Source: an uncultured Candidatus Micrarchaeota archaeon
GTDB taxonomy: Archaea > Micrarchaeota > Micrarchaeia > Anstonellales > Bilamarchaeaceae
Reading direction: 5' to 3'
DNA: 64,000 nt
Assembly: GCA_963804385.1 (NCBI GenBank)
Contig: CAWDQD010000009.1
Location: 80,831-144,830 of the forward strand
The translations under genes and the position numbers were made by a program. The notes under the pieces were generated by a model, which worked only from the letters and a program-made list of their open reading frames with translations, made no database searches and was not told where the DNA came from. Positions 28,643 to 38,691 of the stretch are shown here, piece after piece (within the stretch, counting starts at the first letter, position 1; the number at the start of each line of letters is the position of its first letter).

Positions 28643-29089
28643 TCATCCGCGGTCTATCGCTATCTCAGCGTTGCCGTTCGGGCCAGGATAGGAGCTTATC
28701 TTCACCTTGATGTACCCGCCGGGTATAATCTGCCCAGGTATCGATCCGTATGATTGCATCGGGTATTGGATTATATCGGTCGTCTCGGTGTTCCCCTGGG
28801 GCGTGCTGAGGGTCAGCACCAATTCGGAGCCAATCCCAGCTTTCTCGGTCACGAAAGAGACCTCGTTCGGCGGTATGTACACGTCCGTAGTGACCGACGT
28901 GTTCGTGCCCAGGCTTCCGACAGAATTCGCTAGGGACGCCAGCCTGGTTATCGTGAGTTCAGCCTGGTACGCGCCTATCTGCTGGTCCGCTTCGTTCGCT
29001 TTCATGTACACCATGACAAGCAGAGGTATGAATATCAGAAGCACCAGCGCTACGACCACAAGAAGTTCCGTGCTTACCTGCCCTTTCAT
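28643..29089 (-). CDS. Solitary class III signal-peptide (pilin-like) protein
   Basis: MKG/QVSTEL plus hydrophobic helix; ATGA-coupled to the upstream CBS-HPF gene. Confidence 0.8.
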   Translation of the reverse strand: MKGQVSTELLVVVALVLLIFIPLLVMVYMKANEADQQIGAYQAELTITRLASLANSVGSLGTNTSVTTDVYIPPNEVSFVTEKAGIGSELVLTLSTPQGNTETTDIIQYPMQSYGSIPGQIIPGGYIKVKISSYPGPNGNAEIAIDRG

Positions 29090-30189
29090 GTCTTTCCCCT
29101 CCCTTTAACGTTAGTGACTCTCGGCTTCATCTTCCGTTGATCCTTCTTCTTACGGAGGACGTTCGCTATCTCTGACGCGATCTCATCGATGGTCTCGCGC
29201 AACTCCGCCCTCTCTTCCTTTAGGGACACATGTCCCTCGTCTGTGTCGAAGTAGACGCTGACTTGGTATGTGGATTTGCCCTCTTTGATATGGACGCTCG
29301 CGTTGCGGATGTTGAAACCTTTGAACTTCTCCAGCACATGCGTCATCTTGTCTTTTATGTGCGAGTATTGCTGGACATCGTCCGAGCCGAGGCCCGATAT
29401 CTGTATCTGCATCCCTTCCTCGGCCATGTCGATTATGATCTTGAACACGTCCATGGCGGACAGGACGCCTGAGGGGACCTTGTCCGAGATGACTATGACC
29501 GCAGAGACCTCTTTTTCCACCATCTTCTGGACGGCTTCCTGGAGCGAAGCGCTCTCCGCCACCACTGTGATGTCAGGCCTGACGAACCCCGAGATCTTCA
29601 TGGCAGCCACGTCTATGTTGTCTGCCATCCGGATGTCCTTGCGGCCGCCTACGAGATTCGGTTTCGAGTCCCATGCCCCCATGTCGAACACGGATACGAT
29701 GCCGACCGGGTTGCCTCTCCTTGTGACGACCAGGCGCCTCGCCTTGTTCTCCTTGAGGATCCTTCTTGCCGAAGCCACGGTGTCGTTCTCGTCGATCATG
29801 AATACCGGCGTGCTCATTATCTCGGAAATCTTCATCGGAGGTATGAGCTTCTCCTTTATCATGTCGTTGAGCAGCTCCACCCTGGTGGTTATCCCCAAGG
29901 GCGCCAGGTTCTCGTCGACCACTGGGAGCGCCTTGAAATGGCCCACCATGAACGCGCTCACGCGCTGGAGTAGATCTGCCGATGATGTGAGTACCGGAGG
30001 CTTTATCGCGACGGTTTCGCAACTGATATTGGACGGGTCCCTGATGCCCGAATTCACGCACCTATGATCCACCAGACCGTAGTATTTTCCGTTCTTCGTG
30101 ACGATCACAGCGGGCGTCATGTCGAGCTGCGTGAGCGCCTTCGAAAGAGAATCCGAACTGTCCAATATGGCTGTCTTTTTGATATCCAT
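29086..30189 (-). CDS. Four CBS domains plus a C-terminal HPF/RaiA-like domain (Hib-type ribosome hibernation factor)
   Basis: Four CBS repeats, then a beta-alpha-beta-beta-beta-alpha module (MQIQISG...SVHIK...TIDEIASEIANVLRKKK) matching the HPF topology. Confidence 0.75.
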   Translation of the reverse strand: MDIKKTAILDSSDSLSKALTQLDMTPAVIVTKNGKYYGLVDHRCVNSGIRDPSNISCETVAIKPPVLTSSADLLQRVSAFMVGHFKALPVVDENLAPLGITTRVELLNDMIKEKLIPPMKISEIMSTPVFMIDENDTVASARRILKENKARRLVVTRRGNPVGIVSVFDMGAWDSKPNLVGGRKDIRMADNIDVAAMKISGFVRPDITVVAESASLQEAVQKMVEKEVSAVIVISDKVPSGVLSAMDVFKIIIDMAEEGMQIQISGLGSDDVQQYSHIKDKMTHVLEKFKGFNIRNASVHIKEGKSTYQVSVYFDTDEGHVSLKEERAELRETIDEIASEIANVLRKKKDQRKMKPRVTNVKGRGKT

Positions 30190-30252
30190 AGCCTCACTCC
30201 CTCAGATGCTATCTGAATCAGATATATAAACCACTTATGTATATAAACGATT

Positions 30253-30963
30253 ATGGCGATCCAGTTGCAGCTCCAATCGTTCAGCTACTTGGAGAGCATG
30301 GTGTCCAAACCGACGTGGAAGGACATACTGCTGGACCTCATGTCATCGCACAGCATCGATCCCTGGAACATAGACCTGGTGGTGCTCGCCGACGCGTTCA
30401 TAAAAAAAGTCCGCGAGATGGAGCGCATGGACTTCCTCGTCCAGGCCAACGTCATACTCGCGGCATCAATCCTGCTCAAATACAAGAGCGATTACCTGCG
30501 CATGCTCAGCTACCAGTCCGACATAACGGAATACGCGCCGGAGGGCGAGCTGCCCGGCATAGAAGAGGTCCCGGACCTGACATTCTCCTCCCGCATCCCC
30601 CCGAAGCGCCAGATAACCTTCGACGAGCTCGTCTCGGAGATGGAGCGCATAATCAAATACGAGGGGCCGGAGCGGGTGCATATCCCCCGCGGTTCCATCG
30701 TGGAGACTGTGGATCTGGAGCTCATCGAGCGGAACATCGAGAAAGACATGGAGAACCTTATCCAGCGCCTTCGCGAAGGGACCGACAGCGAGGGCTGGGC
30801 GCTGTTCTCCAGATTGACTACCGGTTGCGATCCCCGCGCTACCATTTACACGCTTCTTTGCCTGCTCTACCTCGTGCAGGAAGGCAGCGCTGAGCTGAAG
30901 CAGGACAAGATGTTCGGGGAGATATTCATACATCTCCAGGAGAAGAAAGAGAATTCTAATTAA
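30253..30963 (+). CDS. scpA: Segregation and condensation protein A (kleisin)
   Basis: IDPWNIDL, ASILLKYKS and LLYL......L.Q...FGEI motifs. Confidence 0.88.
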   Translation: MAIQLQLQSFSYLESMVSKPTWKDILLDLMSSHSIDPWNIDLVVLADAFIKKVREMERMDFLVQANVILAASILLKYKSDYLRMLSYQSDITEYAPEGELPGIEEVPDLTFSSRIPPKRQITFDELVSEMERIIKYEGPERVHIPRGSIVETVDLELIERNIEKDMENLIQRLREGTDSEGWALFSRLTTGCDPRATIYTLLCLLYLVQEGSAELKQDKMFGEIFIHLQEKKENSN

Positions 30964-30985
30964 AATAAGATATAAAATAAAAAAA

Positions 30986-31363
30986 TCAGGAAATGACTGT
31001 TCCTGCTTTCGGCTTCGGTTTCGATTTGACTATCTTGACGTTGGCCGGAGTCAGGATGAGCATATCTTGGGAGAGCAGGGCGATGTCGCCGTTGATCTTT
31101 CCAGTGTGCACCTTCAGTTTCGAGAGTATGGTCTTGAGCCTGTTCGGCTGCTTCGCGAGTGGAGTCACGTTCACTATGATAATGTTCTTCGTGCTCAGCT
31201 CCTTGACAGCCAAGTCTCCGTCGCCTTCGTTGCGCAGGTCGATCCTCTTGACATAAAAGTCTGCCGGGGGGCTGACTACGTCTCCTTCTGCCGACATCAG
31301 GTCTTCGAGGTCCGGTACGTCCACTGTTTCTTTGCTGCCGAAAATCTTGTCAAAAAATCCCAT
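30986..31363 (-). CDS. sepF: Archaeal cell division protein SepF
   Basis: Amphipathic MGFFDKIFG N-terminus; NIIIVNV, GDIA and LILTP..VKI motifs. Confidence 0.88.
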   Translation of the reverse strand: MGFFDKIFGSKETVDVPDLEDLMSAEGDVVSPPADFYVKRIDLRNEGDGDLAVKELSTKNIIIVNVTPLAKQPNRLKTILSKLKVHTGKINGDIALLSQDMLILTPANVKIVKSKPKPKAGTVIS

Positions 31364-31455
31364 TATACCACCTTGTGCATGGAGCGTATCCTATGCGATC
31401 TGTTATTCTGATAAAGCAATTATTTTTTAAATATGAGCCGATTCCACGCCGATTT

Positions 31456-32766
31456 TCAGACAGGCGTACGTAGGAACTGCTTCGCCTTCTCCATCGCGTT
31501 CTCCACGCATCTGTCCGAGTTATGGTACCTGAACTCCCCCCATCGTCCGAGCAGGACGATTCCTTCGCCTGCCGCGAACTCCTCTATCGTCTTGATGTTC
31601 TTCTGGTAATCGAGGTCATAGACGACGTAAGCGTGCTTGCAAGTCACCAATTTCGTGAAGACTATATCCTTGCTCTCCAGGACGCCGATGCGCTGCAAAC
31701 CGTCGATGGTGCGCTCCGCGATATCGGAGAGCTTCGACTTGTCTCCATCCGGGCTGAAAGTCGTCTCAGCGAGCACGGAAGAGCATCCTTTCGGCACGGT
31801 GTTGGGGCTCATGTTAGATGGGAAGCTTATCCTGTTCGGCAATACGTCGTCGTCAGGTATGTAAGCCCAATGCAGGTCGTTCAGCTTCGCTTTTCCGAGG
31901 CCTATCATTACCAGATGCACGGAGTTCCATTTCAGGCCTTTGGCAGCCTCGCGCACCTCTTCAGGGGCATCATCGTAGGCGTCGATGAAGTCCTGGATAT
32001 GCATGGTGTTCACGAGATGGTCGTATACGCGTTCCTCTTTCTTCCCCCCGACAATCCACTTCCCACCCTCTTTCTTTACTTTCGTGACCTCGAAACCGGT
32101 CAGTAGCCGTCTTTTCTCTATCGCAGAAGCTATGCCGTCGGTCACCGCCTGGATGCCGCCATGCGCAGGGTAATGGAAATGCAGCTGGTGGGTATATCCC
32201 TCACTCTCCAGGCCCATCGCCGCCTTCATAACGTCCTTGAGCGGAGGCTGCGGGACCCTGCCTTCCACCCAGAAAAGGTCCATCTTCTCAGGAGGATAAT
32301 CCCACACCTTCCTGTTGTAAGGATAGAGGTATTTCTCGGTGATCGCCTTGCCGAAGCGGTAGTGCATCCACGCATGGAAATTCTTCGGCGATTCGAGATC
32401 GCCCTTCTCCCGTTTCGCGTACGTCTCCGCATAATCGCTCACGCATTCGAACGCCTCCTGCTTCGGGAGGCCGCCCAATCCGTTCTCGAACGGGTATTTC
32501 ACCTTGATTCCCTTGTAGAAAATAGCGGTGTTCCTGCGGTTCATGATCTGGTTCTCGCCCAGGGCCCTGAGCATGAAAGCGACCGCATCCTTGTTCTTGG
32601 AGAAGATTATGTGCGAGCCCAAATCGAACGTGTAGCCGTCCTGCTTGATGGAACGCATAAGGCCGCCTGGGGTCGCCTCTTTCTCAAGGATTTCTGCATC
32701 CTTGACCAGGCTGGAGAATGTGAGTCCGGAGATGCCTCCGCCAAGCACGCCTATGTTCTTTTCCAT
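31456..32766 (-). CDS. FAD-dependent oxidoreductase (UDP-galactopyranose mutase / protoporphyrinogen oxidase-like)
   Basis: GGGISGL, GGL.RS, FDLGSH, YPFENG, PYN.K.W, GR.GEF.Y.N.D motifs. Confidence 0.85.
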   Translation of the reverse strand: MEKNIGVLGGGISGLTFSSLVKDAEILEKEATPGGLMRSIKQDGYTFDLGSHIIFSKNKDAVAFMLRALGENQIMNRRNTAIFYKGIKVKYPFENGLGGLPKQEAFECVSDYAETYAKREKGDLESPKNFHAWMHYRFGKAITEKYLYPYNRKVWDYPPEKMDLFWVEGRVPQPPLKDVMKAAMGLESEGYTHQLHFHYPAHGGIQAVTDGIASAIEKRRLLTGFEVTKVKKEGGKWIVGGKKEERVYDHLVNTMHIQDFIDAYDDAPEEVREAAKGLKWNSVHLVMIGLGKAKLNDLHWAYIPDDDVLPNRISFPSNMSPNTVPKGCSSVLAETTFSPDGDKSKLSDIAERTIDGLQRIGVLESKDIVFTKLVTCKHAYVVYDLDYQKNIKTIEEFAAGEGIVLLGRWGEFRYHNSDRCVENAMEKAKQFLRTPV

Positions 32767-32910
32767 GATGGCACTTCTTGTAGTTTTTTTGTCCTGCATT
32801 ATATTAGTACGCGTTTCGTCATATTCAGCGTCCGTTCCCTTTTTTAACCTTTTAGGTAATTTATTCCCTGGCTTTACAACCAATACTCAGAATGAAAAAA
32901 AGGTGAAAAA

Positions 32911-34914
32911 ATGATTGATGCAGTGATATTGGCGCTTGGCGCAGGCATATTCGCCCTGCTCTACGCAGCGTTCCTCGCATACCGCGTGGTGAGCGCTCCG
33001 GCAGGCAGCGAGAAGATGCGCGAGATCGCCAAAGCTATACAGGAGGGCGCGAACGCCTTCCTTCTCAGGCAGTACAAGACGCTCGCACCGATAGTCGTGG
33101 TGCTGGCGGTCCTCATAGCCCTAGGGCTCCAAGGCCAGCTCGGAATCCAGACATCGCTCGCATTCCTGGCAGGCGTCATTTCATCGGCCCTCGCAGGCTA
33201 CATCGGCATGCAGGTCTCGATCCGCGCTAACGTGCGCGTGGCCGAGGCAGCCAAATCAGGCATGATGAAGGCGCTCGGCATGGCTTTCAACGGAGGAGCG
33301 GTCACGGGCATGGCTCTGGCCGGCCTCGGTCTGATAGGCCTATCATTGCTGTATATCTACTTCGGCAGCCTCGCACCGCTGATCGGTTTCGGTTTCGGGG
33401 CATCGCTGATATCGCTTTTCGCGCGTGTCGGCGGAGGCATATACACCAAGGCGGCCGATGTCGGAGCCGACCTTGTAGGTAAAGTGGAGAAAGGCATACC
33501 GGAGGACGACCCAAGGAACCCGGCTGTCATAGCAGACAACGTCGGCGACAACGTCGGCGACTGCGCAGGCATGGCAGCGGACGTATTCGAATCGCTCGTC
33601 GTGACAGTGATAGCGGCGATGCTCATCGGATTCACGTTCGCAGGGAACATGATGCTCCAGATACCGCTCGGTATAGCGGCTCTCGGTGTCGTGGCCAGCG
33701 TGCTCGGTTCGCTCTTCGTGAACATCGGCAGCGGAGACAAGATAATGCCCCGCTTCTACCAAGGGCTTCTCGCAGGGGCCCTGCTCATGCTCGTGTTCTC
33801 GTACTTCTATCTGACCAACCTGGGCGCGCTTCCGATAGCTCCGATAGCGCTGTTCGGCGCGATCATGATGGGTATCGTAGTGACGATGGCCATGTTCATG
33901 ATAACCGAATACTACACCGCGACCGAATACGCGCCGGTGCAGAGCACGGCTAAAGCGGCATCCACGGGCGCAGGCACGAACATAATCACCGGCCTCGCGA
34001 TAGGCATGGAGTCCACGGCGCTCCCTGTCATTGTCATATTGGCCGCGATAATAATATCATTCAAGCTGGCCGGCCTCTACGGGGTCGGTTTGGCCGCAGC
34101 CTCGATGCTCTCGCTCAGCGCGATAGTGATCGCGATCGATGCATACGGTCCGATAACGGATAACGCGGGCGGCATAGCCGAGATGGCCGGGCTTCCGGAC
34201 AAGGTCAGGCAGGTCACGGACGCTCTGGATGCGGTCGGCAACACGACCAAGGCTACGACTAAAGGGTTCGCGGTGAGCGGTGCGGCGCTAGGCGCGCTCG
34301 CGCTTTTCGTGGCGTATGCCGGAGCAGCGAAACTGACCGACATAAACCTGCTCTCGACTCCGGTGGTGGTAGGCCTTTTCATAGGCGCGCTGCTGCCATT
34401 CGTCTTCTCCAGCCTATTGATGACGGCTGTGGGCAAGGCGGCGTTCCAGATCGTGGAGGAGGTCCGCAGGCAATTCCGCGAGATAAAAGGCCTCATGGAA
34501 GGCAAGGGCCGCGCCGACTATGCCAAATGCGTTGACATAGCCGCTGCGACCGCGCTCAGGGAGCTCGCGCTCCCAGGAGTGATCGCCGTCTTCACGCCGC
34601 TTGTGGTGGGGTATCTCTTCGGCGCAGCCGCGCTCGGAGGATTGCTCGCGGGCGTGATCGCAAGCGGGCTGATGCTAGCGCTCACCATGTGCACGGCAGG
34701 AGCCGCCTGGGACAATGCCAAGAAATACATAGAGCAGGGCAATCTCGGCGGCAAGGGAAGCGAAACGCATAAGGCGGCTGTCGTGGGAGACACGGTCGGC
34801 GATCCCCTCAAGGATACCGCAGGCCCGGCTCTCAATGCGTTGATAAAGGTCGTGAACACCGTCTCTCTCGTGTTCGCGGGCTTCATCATCGCGAAAAGCC
34901 TGAACCTAATCTAA
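32911..34914 (+). CDS. hppA: Membrane proton-pumping pyrophosphatase, K+-independent type
   Basis: DVGADLVGKVE, EDDPRN, DNVGDNVGD, GDTVGDPLKDT; Lys in GNTTKA is the established K+-independence signature. Confidence 0.95.
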   Translation: MIDAVILALGAGIFALLYAAFLAYRVVSAPAGSEKMREIAKAIQEGANAFLLRQYKTLAPIVVVLAVLIALGLQGQLGIQTSLAFLAGVISSALAGYIGMQVSIRANVRVAEAAKSGMMKALGMAFNGGAVTGMALAGLGLIGLSLLYIYFGSLAPLIGFGFGASLISLFARVGGGIYTKAADVGADLVGKVEKGIPEDDPRNPAVIADNVGDNVGDCAGMAADVFESLVVTVIAAMLIGFTFAGNMMLQIPLGIAALGVVASVLGSLFVNIGSGDKIMPRFYQGLLAGALLMLVFSYFYLTNLGALPIAPIALFGAIMMGIVVTMAMFMITEYYTATEYAPVQSTAKAASTGAGTNIITGLAIGMESTALPVIVILAAIIISFKLAGLYGVGLAAASMLSLSAIVIAIDAYGPITDNAGGIAEMAGLPDKVRQVTDALDAVGNTTKATTKGFAVSGAALGALALFVAYAGAAKLTDINLLSTPVVVGLFIGALLPFVFSSLLMTAVGKAAFQIVEEVRRQFREIKGLMEGKGRADYAKCVDIAAATALRELALPGVIAVFTPLVVGYLFGAAALGGLLAGVIASGLMLALTMCTAGAAWDNAKKYIEQGNLGGKGSETHKAAVVGDTVGDPLKDTAGPALNALIKVVNTVSLVFAGFIIAKSLNLI

Positions 34915-34939
34915 TTTTTTTCTTATTTATATTTTTCCG

Positions 34940-35482
34940 GTGAAAAAAATGACAGAATCCCCAGACGTGATATGGGCGAGGTCGGATGACAGCGAGGGAA
35001 AGCCCAGAGAGTTCACGCGCAAACCGTCCTCCGCTGCGATGTTCTTCTTCGAGTTCCTCAGCTCCAACGGCATCAAATCCGGTTCCCTGCTCGATATCGG
35101 ATGCGGGAACGGCCGTGATTCCGTCTTCTTCTCTAAAAAAGGCTTCGACGTGCATGCGCTGGACATCAGCTCTGTGATCGGGTTGGAGCGGTACGGGGTG
35201 AAGGCGCATTGCGCGAGCGCGATGGAGTTCTGGCTTTTCGAGACGCATTCCTTCGAATACGTGATCGACGTCCTATGCTACTGCGAGGAGCCCGACCCGG
35301 ACAAGCGGGCGTTCTACAGGAGCGAGCTGTCCCGGGTCCTGGATCCGGAGGGCTTCTTCCTCATCTCGGTCCCGAAATCATACAAGAAGGAACGGATCGC
35401 GGAAGAGTTCCGCGGCTTCGAGATCATCGCGTCATCAGAGAAGCTGGATACGCTGGACCTGATCCTTTCCAAGAAAAGATGA
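34940..35482 (+). CDS. Class I SAM-dependent methyltransferase
   Basis: LLDIGCGNGR motif I, ALDIS, RVLDPEG. Confidence 0.85.
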   Translation: MKKMTESPDVIWARSDDSEGKPREFTRKPSSAAMFFFEFLSSNGIKSGSLLDIGCGNGRDSVFFSKKGFDVHALDISSVIGLERYGVKAHCASAMEFWLFETHSFEYVIDVLCYCEEPDPDKRAFYRSELSRVLDPEGFFLISVPKSYKKERIAEEFRGFEIIASSEKLDTLDLILSKKR

Positions 35483-35483
35483 T

Positions 35484-38195
35484 TCACTTCCTCTCTCCGT
35501 AAGCCTCCACGAACTTACGGTATTCATCGAGCAGATCCGGGGTTATGGATGGCCTCCTGGTCTTTATTATGTCCAGCAGGCTCTGTGTAGTTATCTTGGT
35601 CTCAGTACCGGCCAGCTTCGAGCGCAGAGCATCCATCTTGGCCGACTGGCATATGGATGCTATGTCCGCCCCGCTGAACCCTGCGGTGGCGCTCGCGAGC
35701 ATGCTCGTATTCACTCCCTGCGCGAATTTGCCTAGGTAGAGCCCGAACATGTCTCCCCTGCCTTTGGCGTCCGGAGGAGGGACGTAGAATATCTTGTCGA
35801 AGCGGCCCGGCCTCATTATAGCCGGGTCCATCAGGAACGGTTTGTTCGTGGCCCCTATCACGACGACTCCGCCTTTGCTCTTTATGCCGTCCATCTCGGT
35901 CAGGAACTGACCGAGTATCTCAGATGATGTGCCCATGCCGCGGGCCGGCGCGAACGTCTCTATCTCGTCCACGAATATTATGCCCGGCGCGTTCTCCCGC
36001 GCCCTGTTGAACGTCTCCTTGATCATCCCGGTTGCCTGCGTATACCCCTTCTTCATCAGCTCCGCGCCGCTGATCGTCTGGAACGATGCATGCAGCTCGT
36101 TGGCCGCGGCCTTCACGATGAGCGTCTTGCCCGTACCCGGAGGGCCGAAGAGCAGGATACCTTTGCTGGGCTTCACCTTGAATTCGGCCATCTCAGCCTC
36201 GTGTTTGAGGGGGAGCTCTATCGCTTCTAGGAGCGATTGCTTGACCTGGTCCATGCCAACGACATCCGACCATCTTGTGACTTCCTTCGCCTTATCCTCC
36301 TCAGGCTTCTTGCCTCCGGTCCTGCGCTCGAAATCCATCCTGAACTGCTCGTACATATCCATCTGGGCGAGGCCCGTGCTGGGCTTCACGCCCGCGATGA
36401 CCTTCATGAAATGCGACATGTCTGTGGGTATGATCTTGTTCTTAGCCAACGCTTCCCTGGCCGTAATATTCCTGGCTTCTTCGACGATATTCTTTATGTC
36501 CGCACCTGAGAAGCGGTCCGTCTTCCGGACTAGCTCATCCAAATTGACATCCGGAGCGATCTTCATCTTCCTCATGCTGACCTCGAATATCGCCTTCCTA
36601 GCTTCAGGCTCCGGCAGGTGCATGTAGATTATCTTGTCTAGCCTGCCTGGCCTCAGAATGGCGGGGTCTAGTTCGTTCGGGAGGTTGGTCGCTCCGATGA
36701 CGATCACCGGTCTGTCTGATTTGGATGCCCCGTCCATCTCCTGGAGCATCGTGGTCAACACCCGCGGGCCGACCGAGTCCAGGCCTTCGCCCATGGTGGT
36801 CCTTTTCTTGGCCACGGAGTCTATCTCGTCGAAGAACAATACGGTCGGGGCGTTCTTGCGTGCGTTGTCGAACACCTCCTTCACGTTTTTTTCAGACTCG
36901 CCGTACCATTGGGAGAGTATCTGCGAACATCTCACTTCCACGAAGTTGTAGCCTAGCTCCTTGGCCAGCGCCCTCATCAGCATGGTTTTACCCGTGCCTG
37001 GCGGGCCGAAGAGCAGGATGCCTTTCGGGGCTGTCAGCCCGTACGCGAAAGCTATATCCTTCTTCTGAAGGGGCATCATTATCGCGTCGCGCAGCTCCTG
37101 CTTCACGTCATCGTAGCCTCCGACGTCGTCCATGCTTTTCTCCGAGCCTCCGGCAGACATATCAGTCATGCCGAACTTGCCGTAGGATTTCATCTTCTCC
37201 TTGCGGTTTATCTCGGATTCGCGGCTTATGTGGACGCCGAACTGCTCGAGGCACCCGAGCACCGCTATAGTGAGCACGACGCCCCCTATGAATTCGAACT
37301 TGAATCCTGTCCCATATATGCTGCCGATGAGGAAATAGGCCGGTATGAGCAGGAGCATGGCAAACGAGGCTGTGAGCTGCGGCCTTCTCTTGAAAAGCGT
37401 AGGAAGGAAACCGATGAGATAGAGCACGACGCCCCATGCCACCATCTGGAGTATCAGAGAGTCCTGAGTCGCCATGATCAACGCATTCCCGCCTATCCAT
37501 TCGACCGAATTCCATATCTTAGCGAGATTGCTGAAATCGAAGAAGTTCCCTATCGCGGTGCCGAGCTGCGGGAAGATATCCGTGATATCCGCGGCGCTTT
37601 TCGTGAACTGGAGCTCGGGAATACCAGGTTGATACAGCGCCATCTTCAGTGGCATATACGCCGTGTTGTCGACGAGCCAGAGCGAAGAAAGCAGCAGGAT
37701 CATGAATACCGAGACGAGCGAGATGGTGATGCTTTTCTTCGAGCCGAAATGCAGCGCTCCGATCCCCATCCCGACCATGCTCAGCCATCCAGCTAAAGGC
37801 AGCTTCCCGAAAGCGAACGGCGCGAGTATGAATATCTCGAGCGATGCGATGAGCAGCCAGTCGTCGAACACGGTGAGCTGGATTATGACGAGCAGGATCA
37901 GGTAGAACCATCCGAAGACCGCGGATTGGTATATGACTGCCGGGATGCCGAACACCGCCCCGATTATTATGCCTATGGACGGGTTCTTGAACGCTATCGC
38001 ACCCGCGGCCGCGGCGAGCACGAAAACGATGTAAATCGGGTAGAACGGGATCGCGGAAAGCAGGAGCAATGTGGCTATGAAGACTATGATCGCGCTCCAG
38101 AGGCCCTCGCTTTTCTGCGCCATCGCCATGTAAGCGCCGACTTTCTGTGCAGCCATGGATTTCTCCATGCCTTGGAAGTTCTGCGATTCGGCCAT
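35484..38195 (-). CDS. Polytopic-membrane double-AAA+ ATPase (Cdc48/VCP-like D1-D2)
   Basis: Hydrophobic N-terminus of about 320 aa; two intact AAA modules (GPPGTGKT twice, FFDEID/FVDEIE, DPAILRPGR/DPAIMRPGR). Confidence 0.9.
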   Translation of the reverse strand: MAESQNFQGMEKSMAAQKVGAYMAMAQKSEGLWSAIIVFIATLLLLSAIPFYPIYIVFVLAAAAGAIAFKNPSIGIIIGAVFGIPAVIYQSAVFGWFYLILLVIIQLTVFDDWLLIASLEIFILAPFAFGKLPLAGWLSMVGMGIGALHFGSKKSITISLVSVFMILLLSSLWLVDNTAYMPLKMALYQPGIPELQFTKSAADITDIFPQLGTAIGNFFDFSNLAKIWNSVEWIGGNALIMATQDSLILQMVAWGVVLYLIGFLPTLFKRRPQLTASFAMLLLIPAYFLIGSIYGTGFKFEFIGGVVLTIAVLGCLEQFGVHISRESEINRKEKMKSYGKFGMTDMSAGGSEKSMDDVGGYDDVKQELRDAIMMPLQKKDIAFAYGLTAPKGILLFGPPGTGKTMLMRALAKELGYNFVEVRCSQILSQWYGESEKNVKEVFDNARKNAPTVLFFDEIDSVAKKRTTMGEGLDSVGPRVLTTMLQEMDGASKSDRPVIVIGATNLPNELDPAILRPGRLDKIIYMHLPEPEARKAIFEVSMRKMKIAPDVNLDELVRKTDRFSGADIKNIVEEARNITAREALAKNKIIPTDMSHFMKVIAGVKPSTGLAQMDMYEQFRMDFERRTGGKKPEEDKAKEVTRWSDVVGMDQVKQSLLEAIELPLKHEAEMAEFKVKPSKGILLFGPPGTGKTLIVKAAANELHASFQTISGAELMKKGYTQATGMIKETFNRARENAPGIIFVDEIETFAPARGMGTSSEILGQFLTEMDGIKSKGGVVVIGATNKPFLMDPAIMRPGRFDKIFYVPPPDAKGRGDMFGLYLGKFAQGVNTSMLASATAGFSGADIASICQSAKMDALRSKLAGTETKITTQSLLDIIKTRRPSITPDLLDEYRKFVEAYGERK

Positions 38196-38225
38196 GGGTG
38201 TGTCTCTCGTAATATGATTATTAAT

Positions 38226-38669
38226 CTACTCTACCCAGTCATGCGCTATTGGCTTGAGCGGTCTGGATCTGTATTCGTCCAGAACCTTCCGCATCTTCGA
38301 GGCACTCGCCGCGACACCATCGTCGAACCTAGTCTCGGCTGCTCCCTCAACTTCGCGCAGGACGGCTTGCAGTGCGCCAACTAGGTTATCCCTATTGAAC
38401 AAAGACTTTGCCACCATGGAGTCGAGAGACTCCACCGCGGCCACGACACTATCGGCCTTAACTTTCCGATTGCCGGTATATATGCGCAGGATCCTGCATG
38501 TTGGCGTCACAATAAGATGCTCTGCCATGATGTCTATGTTGTCTCTATGCTGAAGAATGTATAATTCGTCCACGACGCGAAGCCGGGATTTTGCTGGTCC
38601 CAACGGAGGCACTCTAGATCTACTGGCCTTCAGCGGTTCAGCCAACTTCCGGTCACCGGGAAAAATCAC
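38226..38669 (-). CDS. Hypothetical protein (orphan)
   Basis: 147 aa ORF filling the gap, TATA-like tract just upstream; no motif. Confidence 0.5.
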   Translation of the reverse strand: MIFPGDRKLAEPLKASRSRVPPLGPAKSRLRVVDELYILQHRDNIDIMAEHLIVTPTCRILRIYTGNRKVKADSVVAAVESLDSMVAKSLFNRDNLVGALQAVLREVEGAAETRFDDGVAASASKMRKVLDEYRSRPLKPIAHDWVE

Positions 38670-38691
38670 GCAGGGAGAATATATAAAGGCG

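Noticed and set aside
30211-30223. Palindrome ATCTGA-A-TCAGAT in the CBS-HPF/scpA divergent promoter
   Set aside because: Short and single-copy, with no candidate regulator; could be chance.
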